Shown here in pieces: positions 36,212-47,813 of a DNA stretch of 64,000 nucleotides. This DNA is from an uncultured Bizionia sp. GTDB lineage: Bacteria > Bacteroidota > Bacteroidia > Flavobacteriales > Flavobacteriaceae. The notes below the pieces were generated by a model. That model made no database searches, was not told the origin of the DNA, and worked only from the letters and a program-made list of their open reading frames with translations. The DNA is taken from NCBI GenBank assembly GCA_947496215.1, contig CANMCF010000023.1, positions 2,111 through 66,110 on the forward strand, in the 5' to 3' direction. The translations under genes were made by a program, and so were the position numbers. Within the stretch, counting starts at the first letter, position 1; each line of letters starts with the position of its first letter.

Positions 36212-38053
36212 ATGTTAGCATTAGGAGGAATAATCATTTTAGGTATATTGGCACAATGGGTGGCTTGGAAGTTTAAGATTCCGGCTATTTTACCCTTGAT
36301 ATTGATAGGGCTTTTGGTAGGGCCGATCGCTGCCGAATTTTTAAGCAATGATGGTACGAAATGGATTGAACCGATTTGGAATGGTAAGGAAGGCTTGTTT
36401 CCAGGGGAAAGCTTATTTTACTTTGTCTCATTGGCAATAAGCATTATATTGTTCGAAGGAGGTTTGACTTTAAAGATGGGAGAGATAAAGAATGTTGGAC
36501 CTGTAATTACAAAACTAATATCCATAGGTTCTTTGGTTACTTTCATTGGGGCGGCGGTTGCAGCTCACTTTATTTTTAGTCTGAGTTGGGAGATTTCATT
36601 TTTATTTTCAGGTTTGATCATTGTTACTGGGCCAACGGTTATTACGCCCATTCTAAGAAACATACCTCTAAAGAAAGATGTGTCGGCAGTATTGAAATGG
36701 GAAGGTATCTTGATAGATCCCATAGGAGCTTTGGTTGCAGTTTTGGTTTTCGAATTCATAAGTGTTGATGCTGGTGGGGAGTTTACCAAGACGGCCTTTA
36801 TAGAATTCGGTAAGATCGTGCTGTTTGGTACAACTTTTGGTTTTACGTTTGCACATGCCATGAATTTCATTATAAATAGGAAATGGGTGCCTCATTATTT
36901 ACTGAACGTCTTTGCATTGGCTGCTGTCCTTGGTGTATTCATCTTGTCCGATAGTTTTGCTCATGAATCCGGATTGTTGGCGGTAGTTGTGATGGGTATG
37001 GTTTTGGGTAATTCCAATTCCCCATATTTGAAAGAGCTGTTGTATTTTAAAGAATCGTTGAGTGTCTTGTTGATCTCCATTCTATTCATCTTGCTTGCAG
37101 CAAATATAAATATGGAGGACCTATATCTTATCTATACATGGAAGACTGCACTTTTATTCGTAGTCGTAATTCTTTTGGTAAGGCCTTTGGGAGTGTTTTT
37201 AAGTACATCGGGATCTAGCCTTAAACTAAAGGAGAAAGTATTCATAAGCTGGGTTGGGCCTAGAGGTATCGTGGCAGCTGGAATAGCATCTCTTTTTGGA
37301 TTGAAGTTGGCTAAAAATGGTGTCGTAGATGCAGAATACATTACCCCTTTGGTATTTATGATCGTATTGGGTACTGTATTGCTTAATGCAACGACTGCAA
37401 GATTTTTTGCCAAGTTGATTGGTGTGTTCTTGACTAAATCCGATGGTATCCTAATAGTAGGAGCTTCAAAAGTATCCCGTTTGTTGGGACACTACCTTGA
37501 GTCCAATGGGAGACATGTCGTATTGATTGACAGCAATCAATCAAATGTTTCAAAAGCAAAGGAATTGGGTTTGGAGGCCATCAATACAGATATCTATTCT
37601 GATAATCTGTTAGATAACATAGAACTAAATCACATGGGGTATTTAATGGCGTTGACGGGCAATGCGGACATCAATAAATATGCGATCAATAAATTCAGCA
37701 AGCAATTTGGTGAAAACGGGTCTTTTCGATTGGTTTCGGTAGATGAGATGAAGGACGAAAACAACAACCCAAAAGAAGGATTGTTTTCCCATACGGACGA
37801 TTTTACGACTTTGACGAATACCACGCGAAAATACCCAAGTATCCAAGAGATTGTAATAAGAAACAAGGAGCATTATGAAACCTTGATTGACATCACTAAC
37901 AAGGACAAGGACATAATTCCACTTTTCATAAAAGATGTGGAGGGGGAATTAATCATCATTTCCTCTTACAATACGGCTATTGAAAATGTTGGAGAGGATT
38001 GGAGTTTGGTGTATTTGGGGAAACCCTTTGATGTGGAAGTCGGGACAAGTTGA
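36212..38053 (+). CDS. Cation:proton antiporter (CPA1 Na+/H+ exchanger) with C-terminal TrkA-N/RCK-like domain
   Basis: About 12 TM segments, followed by ILIVGASKVSRLLGHYLESNGRHVVLID (Rossmann-like). Confidence 0.85.
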   Translation: MLALGGIIILGILAQWVAWKFKIPAILPLILIGLLVGPIAAEFLSNDGTKWIEPIWNGKEGLFPGESLFYFVSLAISIILFEGGLTLKMGEIKNVGPVITKLISIGSLVTFIGAAVAAHFIFSLSWEISFLFSGLIIVTGPTVITPILRNIPLKKDVSAVLKWEGILIDPIGALVAVLVFEFISVDAGGEFTKTAFIEFGKIVLFGTTFGFTFAHAMNFIINRKWVPHYLLNVFALAAVLGVFILSDSFAHESGLLAVVVMGMVLGNSNSPYLKELLYFKESLSVLLISILFILLAANINMEDLYLIYTWKTALLFVVVILLVRPLGVFLSTSGSSLKLKEKVFISWVGPRGIVAAGIASLFGLKLAKNGVVDAEYITPLVFMIVLGTVLLNATTARFFAKLIGVFLTKSDGILIVGASKVSRLLGHYLESNGRHVVLIDSNQSNVSKAKELGLEAINTDIYSDNLLDNIELNHMGYLMALTGNADINKYAINKFSKQFGENGSFRLVSVDEMKDENNNPKEGLFSHTDDFTTLTNTTRKYPSIQEIVIRNKEHYETLIDITNKDKDIIPLFIKDVEGELIIISSYNTAIENVGEDWSLVYLGKPFDVEVGTS

Positions 38054-38073
38054 TCAGCAGTTAAGTTACGTAT

Positions 38074-38109
38074 AAAAAAAATGCCTCCATAATTGGAGGC
38101 GTTTTTTTT
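38074..38109. terminator. Bidirectional terminator
   Basis: aaaaaaaatgcctccataattggaggcgtttttttt. Confidence 0.75.
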
Positions 38110-38112
38110 ATA

Positions 38113-39909
38113 TTAGTCATTCAACTTCAATACGGCCATAAATGCCTCTTGAGGTATTTCAACGTTACCTACTTGACGCATACGTTTCTTTCCTTTTTTC
38201 TGTTTTTCCAGCAACTTACGCTTACGGGAAATATCACCACCGTAACACTTGGCTGTTACATCTTTACGAAGAGCCTTTGTGGTTTCACGAGAAATTATCT
38301 TTGCTCCAATTGCAGCCTGGATTGGGATGTCGAACTGTTGTCTTGGAATCAATTCCTTTAATTTTTCACACATCTTTTTTCCAATCGTATGTGCGTTGTC
38401 AGCATGAATCAATGCAGAAAGGGCATCCACGGGTTGTGCATTCAATAAGATGTCGACACGCACCAATTTTGATTTACGCATTCCTATAGGAGAATAGTCG
38501 AACGAGGCATAACCCTTGGAAACGGTTTTCAAACGATCATAAAAGTCGAAGACTATTTCTGCCAGAGGCATATCGAAAGTCAATTCGACGCGCTCGGTCG
38601 TCAAATAGGTTTGATTTGTTATTAGTCCACGTTTTTCGATACACAATGACATGACATTACCAACAAAATCAGATTTTGTGATGATGGTAGCTTTTATGTA
38701 TGGCTCTTCCACACGGTCCAAGCTCGAAGGATCTGGTAGATCCGTTGGATTGTTTACGATGATGACCTCTTCTGTGTTCTTTCTGGTGAAGGCATGGTAG
38801 CTTACATTGGGAACCGTCGTTATTACAGTCATGTTGAACTCACGCTCTAAACGTTCTTGGATAATTTCCATATGCAACATTCCCAAGAATCCACAACGGA
38901 AACCAAAGCCTAAGGCTGCAGAGCTTTCGGGAGCAAAAATCAATGAAGCATCATTTAATTGTAGCTTCTCCATAGAGTTGCGAAGCTCTTCATATTCATC
39001 TGTGTCCACAGGATAGATACCTGCAAAAACCATTGGTTTTACATCTTCAAAACCATCAATGGCGTTGGTTGTAGGAGTTTTTGCATCGGTAATGGTATCA
39101 CCTACCTTTACTTCCTTGGCTTCTTTTATACCTGTGATCAAGTAGCCAACATCACCAGCCTTGATTTCTTTTTTTGGTTCTTGCGTAAGTTTTAGAGTTC
39201 CAACTTCATCTGCGCCATAGGTCTTGCCAGTGGCTATGAATTTTATTTCTTGATTTTTTTTGATCGAACCGTTTATGACTCTAAAATAAGTTTCGACTCC
39301 TCTAAACGGGTTGTAGACAGAATCGAATATCAAAGCTTGTAGAGGCTCATCTATGTTTCCTTTTGGAGCAGGAACTCGTTCTATGATGGCAGTCAAGATA
39401 TCCTCGATACCCAAGCCGGTTTTAGCACTGGCCGGTATGACTTCTTCAGGGTCGCAGCCCAAAAGATCGACGATGTCATCAGTTACCTCCTCAGGGTTAG
39501 CACTCGGTAAATCCACTTTGTTGAGTACTGGTATGATTTCCAAATCGTTTTCCAATGCCAAATAAAGGTTGGAGATTGTTTGTGCTTGTATGCTTTGTGC
39601 TGCATCCACGATAAGCAATGCGCCTTCACAGGCAGCAATGGATCGTGATACCTCATAGGAGAAGTCCACGTGACCAGGAGTATCAATGAGGTTTAGAACA
39701 TACTGTTCCCCTTTGTGAGTGTACTCCATTTGTATGGCGTGGGACTTTATGGTAATACCACGTTCGCGTTCCAAGTCCATACTATCTAAAAGTTGATCTT
39801 GTTTTTCACGATCTGTTACGGAACCTGTAAAATCAAGCAATCTATCTGCAAGTGTACTTTTTCCGTGATCTATATGTGCAATGATGCAAAAATTTCTAAT
39901 GTTCTTCAT
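38113..39909 (-). CDS. lepA: Translation elongation factor 4
   Basis: [32 protein letters not shown], and the LepA C-terminal region. Confidence 0.97.
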   Translation of the reverse strand: MKNIRNFCIIAHIDHGKSTLADRLLDFTGSVTDREKQDQLLDSMDLERERGITIKSHAIQMEYTHKGEQYVLNLIDTPGHVDFSYEVSRSIAACEGALLIVDAAQSIQAQTISNLYLALENDLEIIPVLNKVDLPSANPEEVTDDIVDLLGCDPEEVIPASAKTGLGIEDILTAIIERVPAPKGNIDEPLQALIFDSVYNPFRGVETYFRVINGSIKKNQEIKFIATGKTYGADEVGTLKLTQEPKKEIKAGDVGYLITGIKEAKEVKVGDTITDAKTPTTNAIDGFEDVKPMVFAGIYPVDTDEYEELRNSMEKLQLNDASLIFAPESSAALGFGFRCGFLGMLHMEIIQERLEREFNMTVITTVPNVSYHAFTRKNTEEVIIVNNPTDLPDPSSLDRVEEPYIKATIITKSDFVGNVMSLCIEKRGLITNQTYLTTERVELTFDMPLAEIVFDFYDRLKTVSKGYASFDYSPIGMRKSKLVRVDILLNAQPVDALSALIHADNAHTIGKKMCEKLKELIPRQQFDIPIQAAIGAKIISRETTKALRKDVTAKCYGGDISRKRKLLEKQKKGKKRMRQVGNVEIPQEAFMAVLKLND

Positions 39910-40045
39910 AGTCTAAAATCTTCCCAAAAGTAAGATGGTGCAAATATAAAGTATTTATTAAGCTTTTTTCGAATTTTATTTTCCATAGTAAAGCCTTGAA
40001 ATTTACGGTTTTTACCGTAATGGAAAGTAATAAACAAGTAGTATC

Positions 40046-42493
40046 TTGCAATGGAATTTAATATTGTCATTTTTGAAGCTCTCTCTCCACATATTTTTAT
40101 TCTTTTACTTTCCCTTGGCTTTTTCTCAAAATTTCACTGTTTCCGGCACCTTGGTTAACGAATCCAATGAGCCGATAGCTTATGCAAATGTCTTGCTTTT
40201 CAAATCGGTAGTAGAAGATTTGAACATTAGTTCGGGCTTTGACAAGCCAATAGGAACGACGACAGATGAAAAGGGTTATTTTAAGTTCGATGACTTGGGA
40301 GGATGGGGATATGCATTGGAAACCAGTTTTATAGGGTATAAGACAACAAGGCAACAATTTCAATTATCGAACGACATAGAACTAAACTTAACCTTGAAGG
40401 AAACAATGGAAAACATAGGGGAAGTGGTAATTACCTCCAAAAGGCCGACCTTGAAGAAGGAGGTAGATAGGTTGATTTTCAACGTTGCAGATACAGCTTT
40501 GAGTGAAGGGACGATTTTAGATGTGTTGAGAAGTACACCAGGTGTTCTGATATTGGACAATAAGATTTCAATCAAGAATACGATGCCAACCGTCTATATA
40601 AATGATAGAAAGGTCAATCTATCATTTGGAGAGCTAACACAGTTGTTGGAAAGTTCATCGGCCAATAGCATTCAAAAAGTTGAGGTTATAACAAACCCTC
40701 CTGCAAAATACGATGCAGAAAGTGGAGCTGTCCTAAATATCGTTATGCTTAAAAACTTGGTTACGGGCTATAGGGGGAATGTCTTCACCAATTATACTCA
40801 AGGTATTTTTCCTAGATACAACGCAGGAATAAATCAGTTTTACAAAACCAAGAAGATCAATGTCAATGTCAATTATGGTTTTACCAGAAACAAAATTGAC
40901 AGAAATAGTGAAGACCAAATAAACTATATGGACGACAATGGGGTTTATGAACGCTGGAATACCAAGTTGGATCGGAATACATGGTCTAAAACCCATAATT
41001 TAAACTTTAATTTCGATTTTTTCATAAATGACAAAAACACGTTGAGTTTGTCATCCAATTTATTGTTTTTGCCATATTTCAAGTATTTGACAAGAGGAAA
41101 ATCAATGGTTTTCGATGAGATGAATGACTTGGGGTATCATTTCGATTCTCACAACTTGTCTCGGGACAAAAAGCATAACCTAGGTTTTGATTTGGATTTC
41201 GTGCACCATTTCAATGACAAATCGAAGTTGTCCTTTAATAGTCATGTCACGGAATACGACTATAATAGGAATCAAGATGTGAATAGCAATTATTTTGACG
41301 AGAATGACGCTTTCGACTTCAGTACGGCATTCAATACCAAAAACAACCAGAGCACGACAATATTCACATCCCAATTGGATTACGAATTACCAATGGGAGA
41401 GGGTGCTTCTTTCAGTGTGGGAGTGAAATCGTCCCATATTGAAGTGATAAGTGACATCATACAATTCGATGTCGATACAAATACGAACGAGCAATCGTTA
41501 AACATTGAAAATACCAACAACTATCATTATGATGAGTCTATTTTTGCAGGTTATGTAAGTTTTTCGAAACGCTGGGAAAAATGGAATGCCTCTGCAGGTG
41601 TTCGAGTAGAACAGACTAGTATTAAAGGCATATCCATAACGACTAATGATAAAAACACACAGGATTACCTTGAGTTGTTTCCAACATTCAATCTAAGCTA
41701 TCGGCTTTCTGAAAAAACGGATGTCTATGCAAATTACAAACGAAGCATAGGAAGGCCAGGTTACAAGAACCTTAATCCGTTTAATTTTTTCTTGAATGAC
41801 AATACCATAGTTTCTGGAAACCCGAAGCTGCAACCTGCCTTTACAGGTCATATGACAATTGGGACTTCCATATCCAAATTCACCTTCGAAGTGTATCATA
41901 AGGAGATTAAATCCAATATCCTCGAACTCCCATTGCAGAACAACGAAGAAAACGTTATCGTATATTCTCCTGCGAACCTGAAAAAGACAAAGGAGTTTGG
42001 GGTTGATTTCATCACCTCTTTCGACATGCTTAAGAACTGGTCTGTCTATTTTCTCACATCATTTTACAATGTCCAAGATGAGTCTATTATCGATGAAATT
42101 CCGTTGAAGAGAAGTCAATGGTCCAACTACTCTACTTTGAGCAATAGTTTTTCCTTTTTGAAGGACAAGAGTTTGAGTGCTAACCTATCATTGATATACA
42201 GCAGTAAGAATCAATATGGATTTAGAATTACTGAAAGAAGGTTGACCTCCAACCTGTCCATAAAAAAGAAAGTACTCAAAACAAAGGGAGTGATCTCCTT
42301 GTCCGTAGCGGATTTGTTTGATACCCAGGATTATGAAATCACTTCCAAATATGCTAATCAAGACAATTTCAATCTAACGGATTTGGATACACGCCGAATA
42401 AGGTTGGGATTCAATTACAAATTTGGCAATACCAATTTGAAAACCAACGCACGCACAAAATCCACAAATGAGCGAGATAGGTTGAACAACTAG
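40046..42493 (+). CDS. Outer membrane beta-barrel / TonB-dependent receptor-like protein
   Basis: CarboxypepD_reg-like N-terminus, a plug-like segment and long beta-rich barrel region. Confidence 0.8.
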   Translation: MQWNLILSFLKLSLHIFLFFYFPLAFSQNFTVSGTLVNESNEPIAYANVLLFKSVVEDLNISSGFDKPIGTTTDEKGYFKFDDLGGWGYALETSFIGYKTTRQQFQLSNDIELNLTLKETMENIGEVVITSKRPTLKKEVDRLIFNVADTALSEGTILDVLRSTPGVLILDNKISIKNTMPTVYINDRKVNLSFGELTQLLESSSANSIQKVEVITNPPAKYDAESGAVLNIVMLKNLVTGYRGNVFTNYTQGIFPRYNAGINQFYKTKKINVNVNYGFTRNKIDRNSEDQINYMDDNGVYERWNTKLDRNTWSKTHNLNFNFDFFINDKNTLSLSSNLLFLPYFKYLTRGKSMVFDEMNDLGYHFDSHNLSRDKKHNLGFDLDFVHHFNDKSKLSFNSHVTEYDYNRNQDVNSNYFDENDAFDFSTAFNTKNNQSTTIFTSQLDYELPMGEGASFSVGVKSSHIEVISDIIQFDVDTNTNEQSLNIENTNNYHYDESIFAGYVSFSKRWEKWNASAGVRVEQTSIKGISITTNDKNTQDYLELFPTFNLSYRLSEKTDVYANYKRSIGRPGYKNLNPFNFFLNDNTIVSGNPKLQPAFTGHMTIGTSISKFTFEVYHKEIKSNILELPLQNNEENVIVYSPANLKKTKEFGVDFITSFDMLKNWSVYFLTSFYNVQDESIIDEIPLKRSQWSNYSTLSNSFSFLKDKSLSANLSLIYSSKNQYGFRITERRLTSNLSIKKKVLKTKGVISLSVADLFDTQDYEITSKYANQDNFNLTDLDTRRIRLGFNYKFGNTNLKTNARTKSTNERDRLNN

Positions 42494-42497
42494 TCAC

Positions 42498-43598
42498 CTA
42501 GTCTTGCCACTCTGCAATAAATAGATTGGTATCACGCCCACCACCGTTGTTTCTATTGGAGGAAAAAGCCAGCTTTTTTCCATCGTTGGAAAAGACTGGG
42601 AAGGCATCGAAGGTTTCACCATGAGTAATACGTTTCAGGTTTTTTCCATCGATGTCTATAAGGTATAGATTAAAAGGAAAACCACGTTCGGATTCAAAGT
42701 TTGAGGAAAACAATATCTTCTTTCCGGAAGGGTGGAAGAATGGGCTCCAATTGGCATTTCCCAAATCCGTCAATTGTTGTAATTCGCTGCCATCCGCATT
42801 GCATATGTAAAGCTCCATTTCAGTAGGTTCCACCAAGCCTTCTGCCAACAAACCTTTGTAATCTTTGACTTCTTCATCTGTTTTCGGGCGAGAAGAACGA
42901 AAAATCAATTTAGTCCCGTCTGGAGAGAAAAACGCTCCACCATCGTACCCTAGTTCATTTGTGATCTGTTTGACATCGCTACCATCGATGTTCATCGTGT
43001 ATAATTCTAAATCACCACTTCTGGTTGAGGTAAAGACTATTTTATCTCCTTTTGGAGAAACCGTAGGTTCTGCATCATAACCAATTTCATTTGTTAATTG
43101 CTTGACTATGTTTCCTTCCAGATCTGCCACAAAAATATCGTAGGAGTCGTAGATTGGCCAAATGTATTTCCCGTTCTTACGTAAGGGGGTATCTGGGCAT
43201 TCTTCAGCTCCTAAATGTGTCGAGGCATATATGATATGCTTGTTGTCTGGCAAAAAATAAGCACAGGTAGTACGTCCTTTTCCCGTACTTATCATTGGAG
43301 GTATTTTGTCTTTGAATGTTTCATTTGCATTCATCAAAAACATTTGATCACAACCAACGTTCCATTTTGCATTGTTGGATTGAAACACCAATTGTTTGTC
43401 ATCGAAACTCCAATAGGCTTCTGCGTTGTCGCCTCCATAGGTTATTTGGCGTATGTTCTTGAAATGAGTTTCCTCTGGGTAGATCAACGGATTTGTAATT
43501 TTCGAAGTTTCAATGGAAGATTTTGATTCTTCTGGTTTTTCTTTCGTTTTGCAAGAAACAAACAACAAAGAAAGTAGTAAAAAGTGAGTAAATCGCAT
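42498..43598 (-). CDS. PD40/WD40-like beta-propeller (TolB-like) protein
   Basis: Repeated PD40 motifs (SPDGTKLIF, SPKGDKIVFTS, SNDGKKLAFSS). Confidence 0.85.
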   Translation of the reverse strand: MRFTHFLLLSLLFVSCKTKEKPEESKSSIETSKITNPLIYPEETHFKNIRQITYGGDNAEAYWSFDDKQLVFQSNNAKWNVGCDQMFLMNANETFKDKIPPMISTGKGRTTCAYFLPDNKHIIYASTHLGAEECPDTPLRKNGKYIWPIYDSYDIFVADLEGNIVKQLTNEIGYDAEPTVSPKGDKIVFTSTRSGDLELYTMNIDGSDVKQITNELGYDGGAFFSPDGTKLIFRSSRPKTDEEVKDYKGLLAEGLVEPTEMELYICNADGSELQQLTDLGNANWSPFFHPSGKKILFSSNFESERGFPFNLYLIDIDGKNLKRITHGETFDAFPVFSNDGKKLAFSSNRNNGGGRDTNLFIAEWQD

Positions 43599-43654
43599 AA
43601 TGGGTGAAAATGATAATTAATGCCTAATTTTGTATAAAATTAATACTTCTAGAA

Positions 43655-44878
43655 ATGAAATATGGCATTGCTTTCCTTTTTTTAATGTTTTTAATGAGTT
43701 GTAAAACAGAGGTAAAGTCTGTTTTGAGCATGAAAGACGATGTCACCTTTTTGGCTTCGGATGCTTTGGAAGGGCGTCAGACTGGAAGCAATGGAGAACA
43801 GAAAGCGGCCGAATACATAGCGAAGCGTTTTGAAGACTTGGGATTGGAAGCCAAAGGGACGAATGCCTATTTCCAGACTTTTTCCTTCAAGCCAAAGACG
43901 GATCCACACCAAGAAATAAACTATGTCGTAAAGGATGGAGATAGCACGATTACTGGGACAAATGTTGTTGGTTACATTGATAACAAGGCTAAGAATACCA
44001 TAATCATAGGGGCACATTATGACCATTTGGGACTAGGAGCGGAGGGGTCTTTACATAGAGGCGAGAAGGCCATTCACAATGGTGCCGATGACAATGCAAG
44101 TGGTGTGGCTGTAATGTTGGATTTGGTAAACAGGTTAAAAGCAACAAACACAGGGAGCAATTATTTGTTCATAGCTTTTTCTGGAGAGGAAATGGGGTTG
44201 TTGGGATCCAATTATTTTGTGAAAAACCCGACAATAGAGATCAAGCAAGCTAATTACATGATTAATATGGATATGGTTGGACGTTTGAAAAAGGACAGTA
44301 CCTTGGCGGTTTATGGTGTAGGAACTTCTCCAATATTGAAACAAACGCTCAAAGCCCACAACAAGGGTTTTAAATTGATTCAAAGAGAATCTGGGGTAGG
44401 GCCAAGCGATCATACTTCTTTCTATAATGTGAATATCCCTGTTTTGCATTTCTTCACAGGACAACACGGAGACTATCATAAGCCAGGGGATGACATTGAA
44501 AAACTGAATTATCAGGGAATGCAAAAAATCTCCGATTATATATTTGAGATCATTTCAGATTTGGATGACAATGGCAAACTGTCCTTCAGGAAAACCAAGA
44601 ATGAGAGCGACTTGGTGCCTCGTTTTGAAGTTGGATTGGGCGTTACACCAGATTATTTGTTTGATGGCAAAGGGATGCGCATAGATGGCACGAGAGACGA
44701 AACTCCAGCTGTAAATGCAGGATTGCAAAAAGGAGACGTCGTGATAAAGTTGGGTGCATTTGAAATCACGGACATGACGACTTATATGCAAGCATTGTCC
44801 ACTTTCAAGAAAGGCGACACGACGAATATAACTGTAAATAGGAATGGTGAGCAAATTAATGCTGAGGTGACATTTTAA
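43655..44878 (+). CDS. M28 family peptidase with C-terminal PDZ domain
   Basis: GAHYDHLG, GADDNASG, EEMGLLGS, and a PDZ-like segment AGLQKGDVVIKLG. Confidence 0.85.
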   Translation: MKYGIAFLFLMFLMSCKTEVKSVLSMKDDVTFLASDALEGRQTGSNGEQKAAEYIAKRFEDLGLEAKGTNAYFQTFSFKPKTDPHQEINYVVKDGDSTITGTNVVGYIDNKAKNTIIIGAHYDHLGLGAEGSLHRGEKAIHNGADDNASGVAVMLDLVNRLKATNTGSNYLFIAFSGEEMGLLGSNYFVKNPTIEIKQANYMINMDMVGRLKKDSTLAVYGVGTSPILKQTLKAHNKGFKLIQRESGVGPSDHTSFYNVNIPVLHFFTGQHGDYHKPGDDIEKLNYQGMQKISDYIFEIISDLDDNGKLSFRKTKNESDLVPRFEVGLGVTPDYLFDGKGMRIDGTRDETPAVNAGLQKGDVVIKLGAFEITDMTTYMQALSTFKKGDTTNITVNRNGEQINAEVTF

Positions 44879-44902
44879 ATATATGATTCAATTTCAGTAC
44901 TT

Positions 44903-45919
44903 TTGCAGCCTTATATAATAGATTTGGTAAAGATAGACAACATAGAACTTCCTGATTTTCCATTGCTTTTGGCTCCAATGGAGGATGTTAGCGATCCGCC
45001 TTTTCGTGCATTGTGCAAGGAGCAAGGGGCAGATGTCGTGTATACGGAATTTATTTCCAGTGAAGGATTGATACGAGATGCAGCCAAAAGTGTCATGAAA
45101 CTCGATATCTACGAAAAGGAAAGACCAGTAGGGATTCAAATTTTTGGAGCCAATTTGGATAGTATGCTTCAAACAGTGGATATCGTTGAGAGATCCAAAC
45201 CAGACATCATAGACATCAATTTTGGATGCCCGGTAAAAAAAGTGGTATCCAAAGGAGCTGGAGCGGGTATTTTAAAAGACATAGATCTAATGGTATCCCT
45301 GACGGAGGCGATGGTGAAGAGAACGCATTTACCAATTACCGTGAAGACACGGTTGGGTTGGGATCATGATTCCATAAAAATAGTCGAGGTTGCAGAGCGA
45401 TTGCAGGATGTTGGTTGCAAAGCTATTTCGATTCATGGACGAACGCGAGCACAAATGTATAAAGGTGATGCAGATTGGAAACCAATTGCAGCGGTTAAAA
45501 ACAACCCTAGAATGCATATTCCCGTATTTGGCAATGGAGACATCACCAGTCCAGAACGAGCTATGGAAATGCGTGATGACTACGGGTTGGATGGAGCTAT
45601 GATTGGTAGGGCTACCATTGGTAACCCTTGGTTTTTCAAACAGGTAAAGCATTTTTTCGAAACAGGTGAGCACTTGGCTCCGATTTCTATCAAGGAACGT
45701 GTAGAGGCTGCTCGCAGGCACTTGCAGATGTCCATAGATTGGAAAGGGCCGGTTTTAGGTGTTTTGGAAACGAGAAGGCACTATACCAATTATTTCAAAG
45801 GAATTCCGCATTTCAAGGAGTACAGAACAAAGATGGTGACCAGTGATGATGCAAAAGATGTTTTTAATGCCTTGGATGAGGTATTGGAAAAATTCGCAGA
45901 ATATCAATTTGAGAGATAA
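44903..45919 (+). CDS. dusB: tRNA-dihydrouridine synthase
   Basis: LAPMEDVSDPPFR, DINFGCP and GRTR motifs of the Dus family. The start codon is uncertain (TTG in the track). Confidence 0.9.
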   Translation: MQPYIIDLVKIDNIELPDFPLLLAPMEDVSDPPFRALCKEQGADVVYTEFISSEGLIRDAAKSVMKLDIYEKERPVGIQIFGANLDSMLQTVDIVERSKPDIIDINFGCPVKKVVSKGAGAGILKDIDLMVSLTEAMVKRTHLPITVKTRLGWDHDSIKIVEVAERLQDVGCKAISIHGRTRAQMYKGDADWKPIAAVKNNPRMHIPVFGNGDITSPERAMEMRDDYGLDGAMIGRATIGNPWFFKQVKHFFETGEHLAPISIKERVEAARRHLQMSIDWKGPVLGVLETRRHYTNYFKGIPHFKEYRTKMVTSDDAKDVFNALDEVLEKFAEYQFER

Positions 45920-45921
45920 AG

Positions 45922-47124
45922 TTACCCTTTAATCAGATTTCTTGTAATTCTTGCCGAAGCCATTTTTGAGGCAATGATTCCCAAAACGGATATCGTGATG
46001 AAAACAATAAGAAAGTTCTCCAAGTTCAAGGACATTGGGTAAGGAAGTTTTTGTGTTATCATTACCAGGGAAAACTGTTGTTGCATGATCACTACGATGA
46101 ATCCTATAAATAGACCAATTGCAGTGCCAACCACTGTCATTGTCACACCTTGATAAAAGAAGATGCGACGAATGTTCTTTAAAGTCGTACCAAGGCTAAA
46201 AAGTGTATTCAAAGTTTTCTTCTTGTCCAGAATCATCATGATGAGTGAACCAATGACATTGAATATCAGTATTATGGATACCAATGTGAGTATCAAATAG
46301 ACTGCAAGGTTTTCGGTGTTCAACATCTTGTACAGCGCATCGTTCAGCTGTACCCTGTTCCTAATACGAATCTTGTCACCTAAAATGATTTGTATTCGAG
46401 ATCTTACGAGATCCTCGTCTGCACCTTCATCCAATTTGAATTCTATGCCAGTTACTTGATTTTGAGAATAATTCAACAACTCCCTAGCCAAACCGATGGA
46501 CGAATAGATATAAGTATCGTTTAATTTTTCATTGACATCGAAAATACCGACGTTTACGGAACTTAATTGTTTAAAGGCTTGCTTGGTCGAGGTTATTTGT
46601 CCTTTTCCAGGTCTGGGCACATAAAGGTGTACGCGCCTGCCGTAATCCAACACTCCAACGGATAAACTGTTGGAAACCCCTAATCCGACGACTATTTGAT
46701 TGGTGTTTTGGATGAGCCAACTACCATATTTAACTATGGAATCCACGGTGTTTACCTTATTGTAATTTTCGTCTACGCCTTTAATGAAGGCAGGGTGCTT
46801 GTTGTCGTCAAAAGAAGCCAAGACACGTTCCTTGACAATTTTAGAGTATGATACAATGCCGTCTACTTCAAGTAGTTCATTCTCATTGTCTTGAGTTAGT
46901 ACGAAAGATTTTCCAACTGTTGCTTCCACTTTTAGATCTGGATCAATAATGGTAGAGAATTCCAAGGTGAACACCTTTAAACCTGCAAATCCGGACAATA
47001 CCACAAATAGCGAAGCAGAACCAAGAATGATACCGACAATGGCTATGTAAGTGATGAAATTAATGGCATTGTTGCTGCTTTTTGAGCGTAGATACCGTTT
47101 TGCAATGTAATAGGAGACATTCAT
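45922..47124 (-). CDS. FtsX-like ABC transporter permease (LolC/E-like)
   Basis: N-terminal TM segment, large periplasmic loop and three C-terminal TM segments. IAKRYLRSK start typical of the family. Confidence 0.85.
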   Translation of the reverse strand: MNVSYYIAKRYLRSKSSNNAINFITYIAIVGIILGSASLFVVLSGFAGLKVFTLEFSTIIDPDLKVEATVGKSFVLTQDNENELLEVDGIVSYSKIVKERVLASFDDNKHPAFIKGVDENYNKVNTVDSIVKYGSWLIQNTNQIVVGLGVSNSLSVGVLDYGRRVHLYVPRPGKGQITSTKQAFKQLSSVNVGIFDVNEKLNDTYIYSSIGLARELLNYSQNQVTGIEFKLDEGADEDLVRSRIQIILGDKIRIRNRVQLNDALYKMLNTENLAVYLILTLVSIILIFNVIGSLIMMILDKKKTLNTLFSLGTTLKNIRRIFFYQGVTMTVVGTAIGLFIGFIVVIMQQQFSLVMITQKLPYPMSLNLENFLIVFITISVLGIIASKMASARITRNLIKG

Positions 47125-47204
47125 AGTTTATAATATTATAAAAAAATAATGATATTATGAATGTAAAGGTGAATCATTAAGAGCAATGAAGTTGATATGT
47201 GAGA

Positions 47205-47606
47205 TTAGGATTTTTTTCGTTTTCCCAAAAGATCTGGATCATTTATAGGGTCGTCTTTTCCTTTTAGGGATTGTTCAATCTTATCAATGTACTCCAAGGA
47301 ATCATCGATGAAGAATTGCAATTGGGGCATACGTCTCAATTGGTTTTTCGTGCGTTGTGCCAATTCGTGCTTAATAAACGGCTGATTGGATCTAATGCCA
47401 ACTATGAGCTCTTGCGCCTTGTCGTTTGGGAAAATGCTTAAATATACTTTTGCCATGGACAGGTCCACGGTAACCGACACTTTGGAAACAGATATGATTA
47501 CGCCTCTCATACCTCCTTGAGTAGCAGCTCCTTGTAGGATGTCTACTAAATCACGTTGCAATACCGAAGCTATTTTCTTTTGTCTTTGACTTTCTTCCAT
47601 CTTCAT
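47205..47606 (-). CDS. rbfA: Ribosome-binding factor A
   Basis: SQRQKKIASVLQRDL...ISVSKVSVTVDLSMAKVYLS, an RbfA pattern. Confidence 0.9.
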   Translation of the reverse strand: MKMEESQRQKKIASVLQRDLVDILQGAATQGGMRGVIISVSKVSVTVDLSMAKVYLSIFPNDKAQELIVGIRSNQPFIKHELAQRTKNQLRRMPQLQFFIDDSLEYIDKIEQSLKGKDDPINDPDLLGKRKKS

Positions 47607-47813
47607 TAAAATTTAAAATCCCATTGCTTTGTAATTGTCTATATTTTAGTACAATGGCTTTGGTAAATACCAGTTATTGGGTTTCTACGATGCAAAAATA
47701 GATGTTATTTAAAGATTATCTTACTTTTGGAGCAAAATTCGTACCTTAAAAGGTAATATATAAGTATAATAAAAGGGATTTTCACTAAAGTGAGAATGAA
47801 AAATATTTTTTTG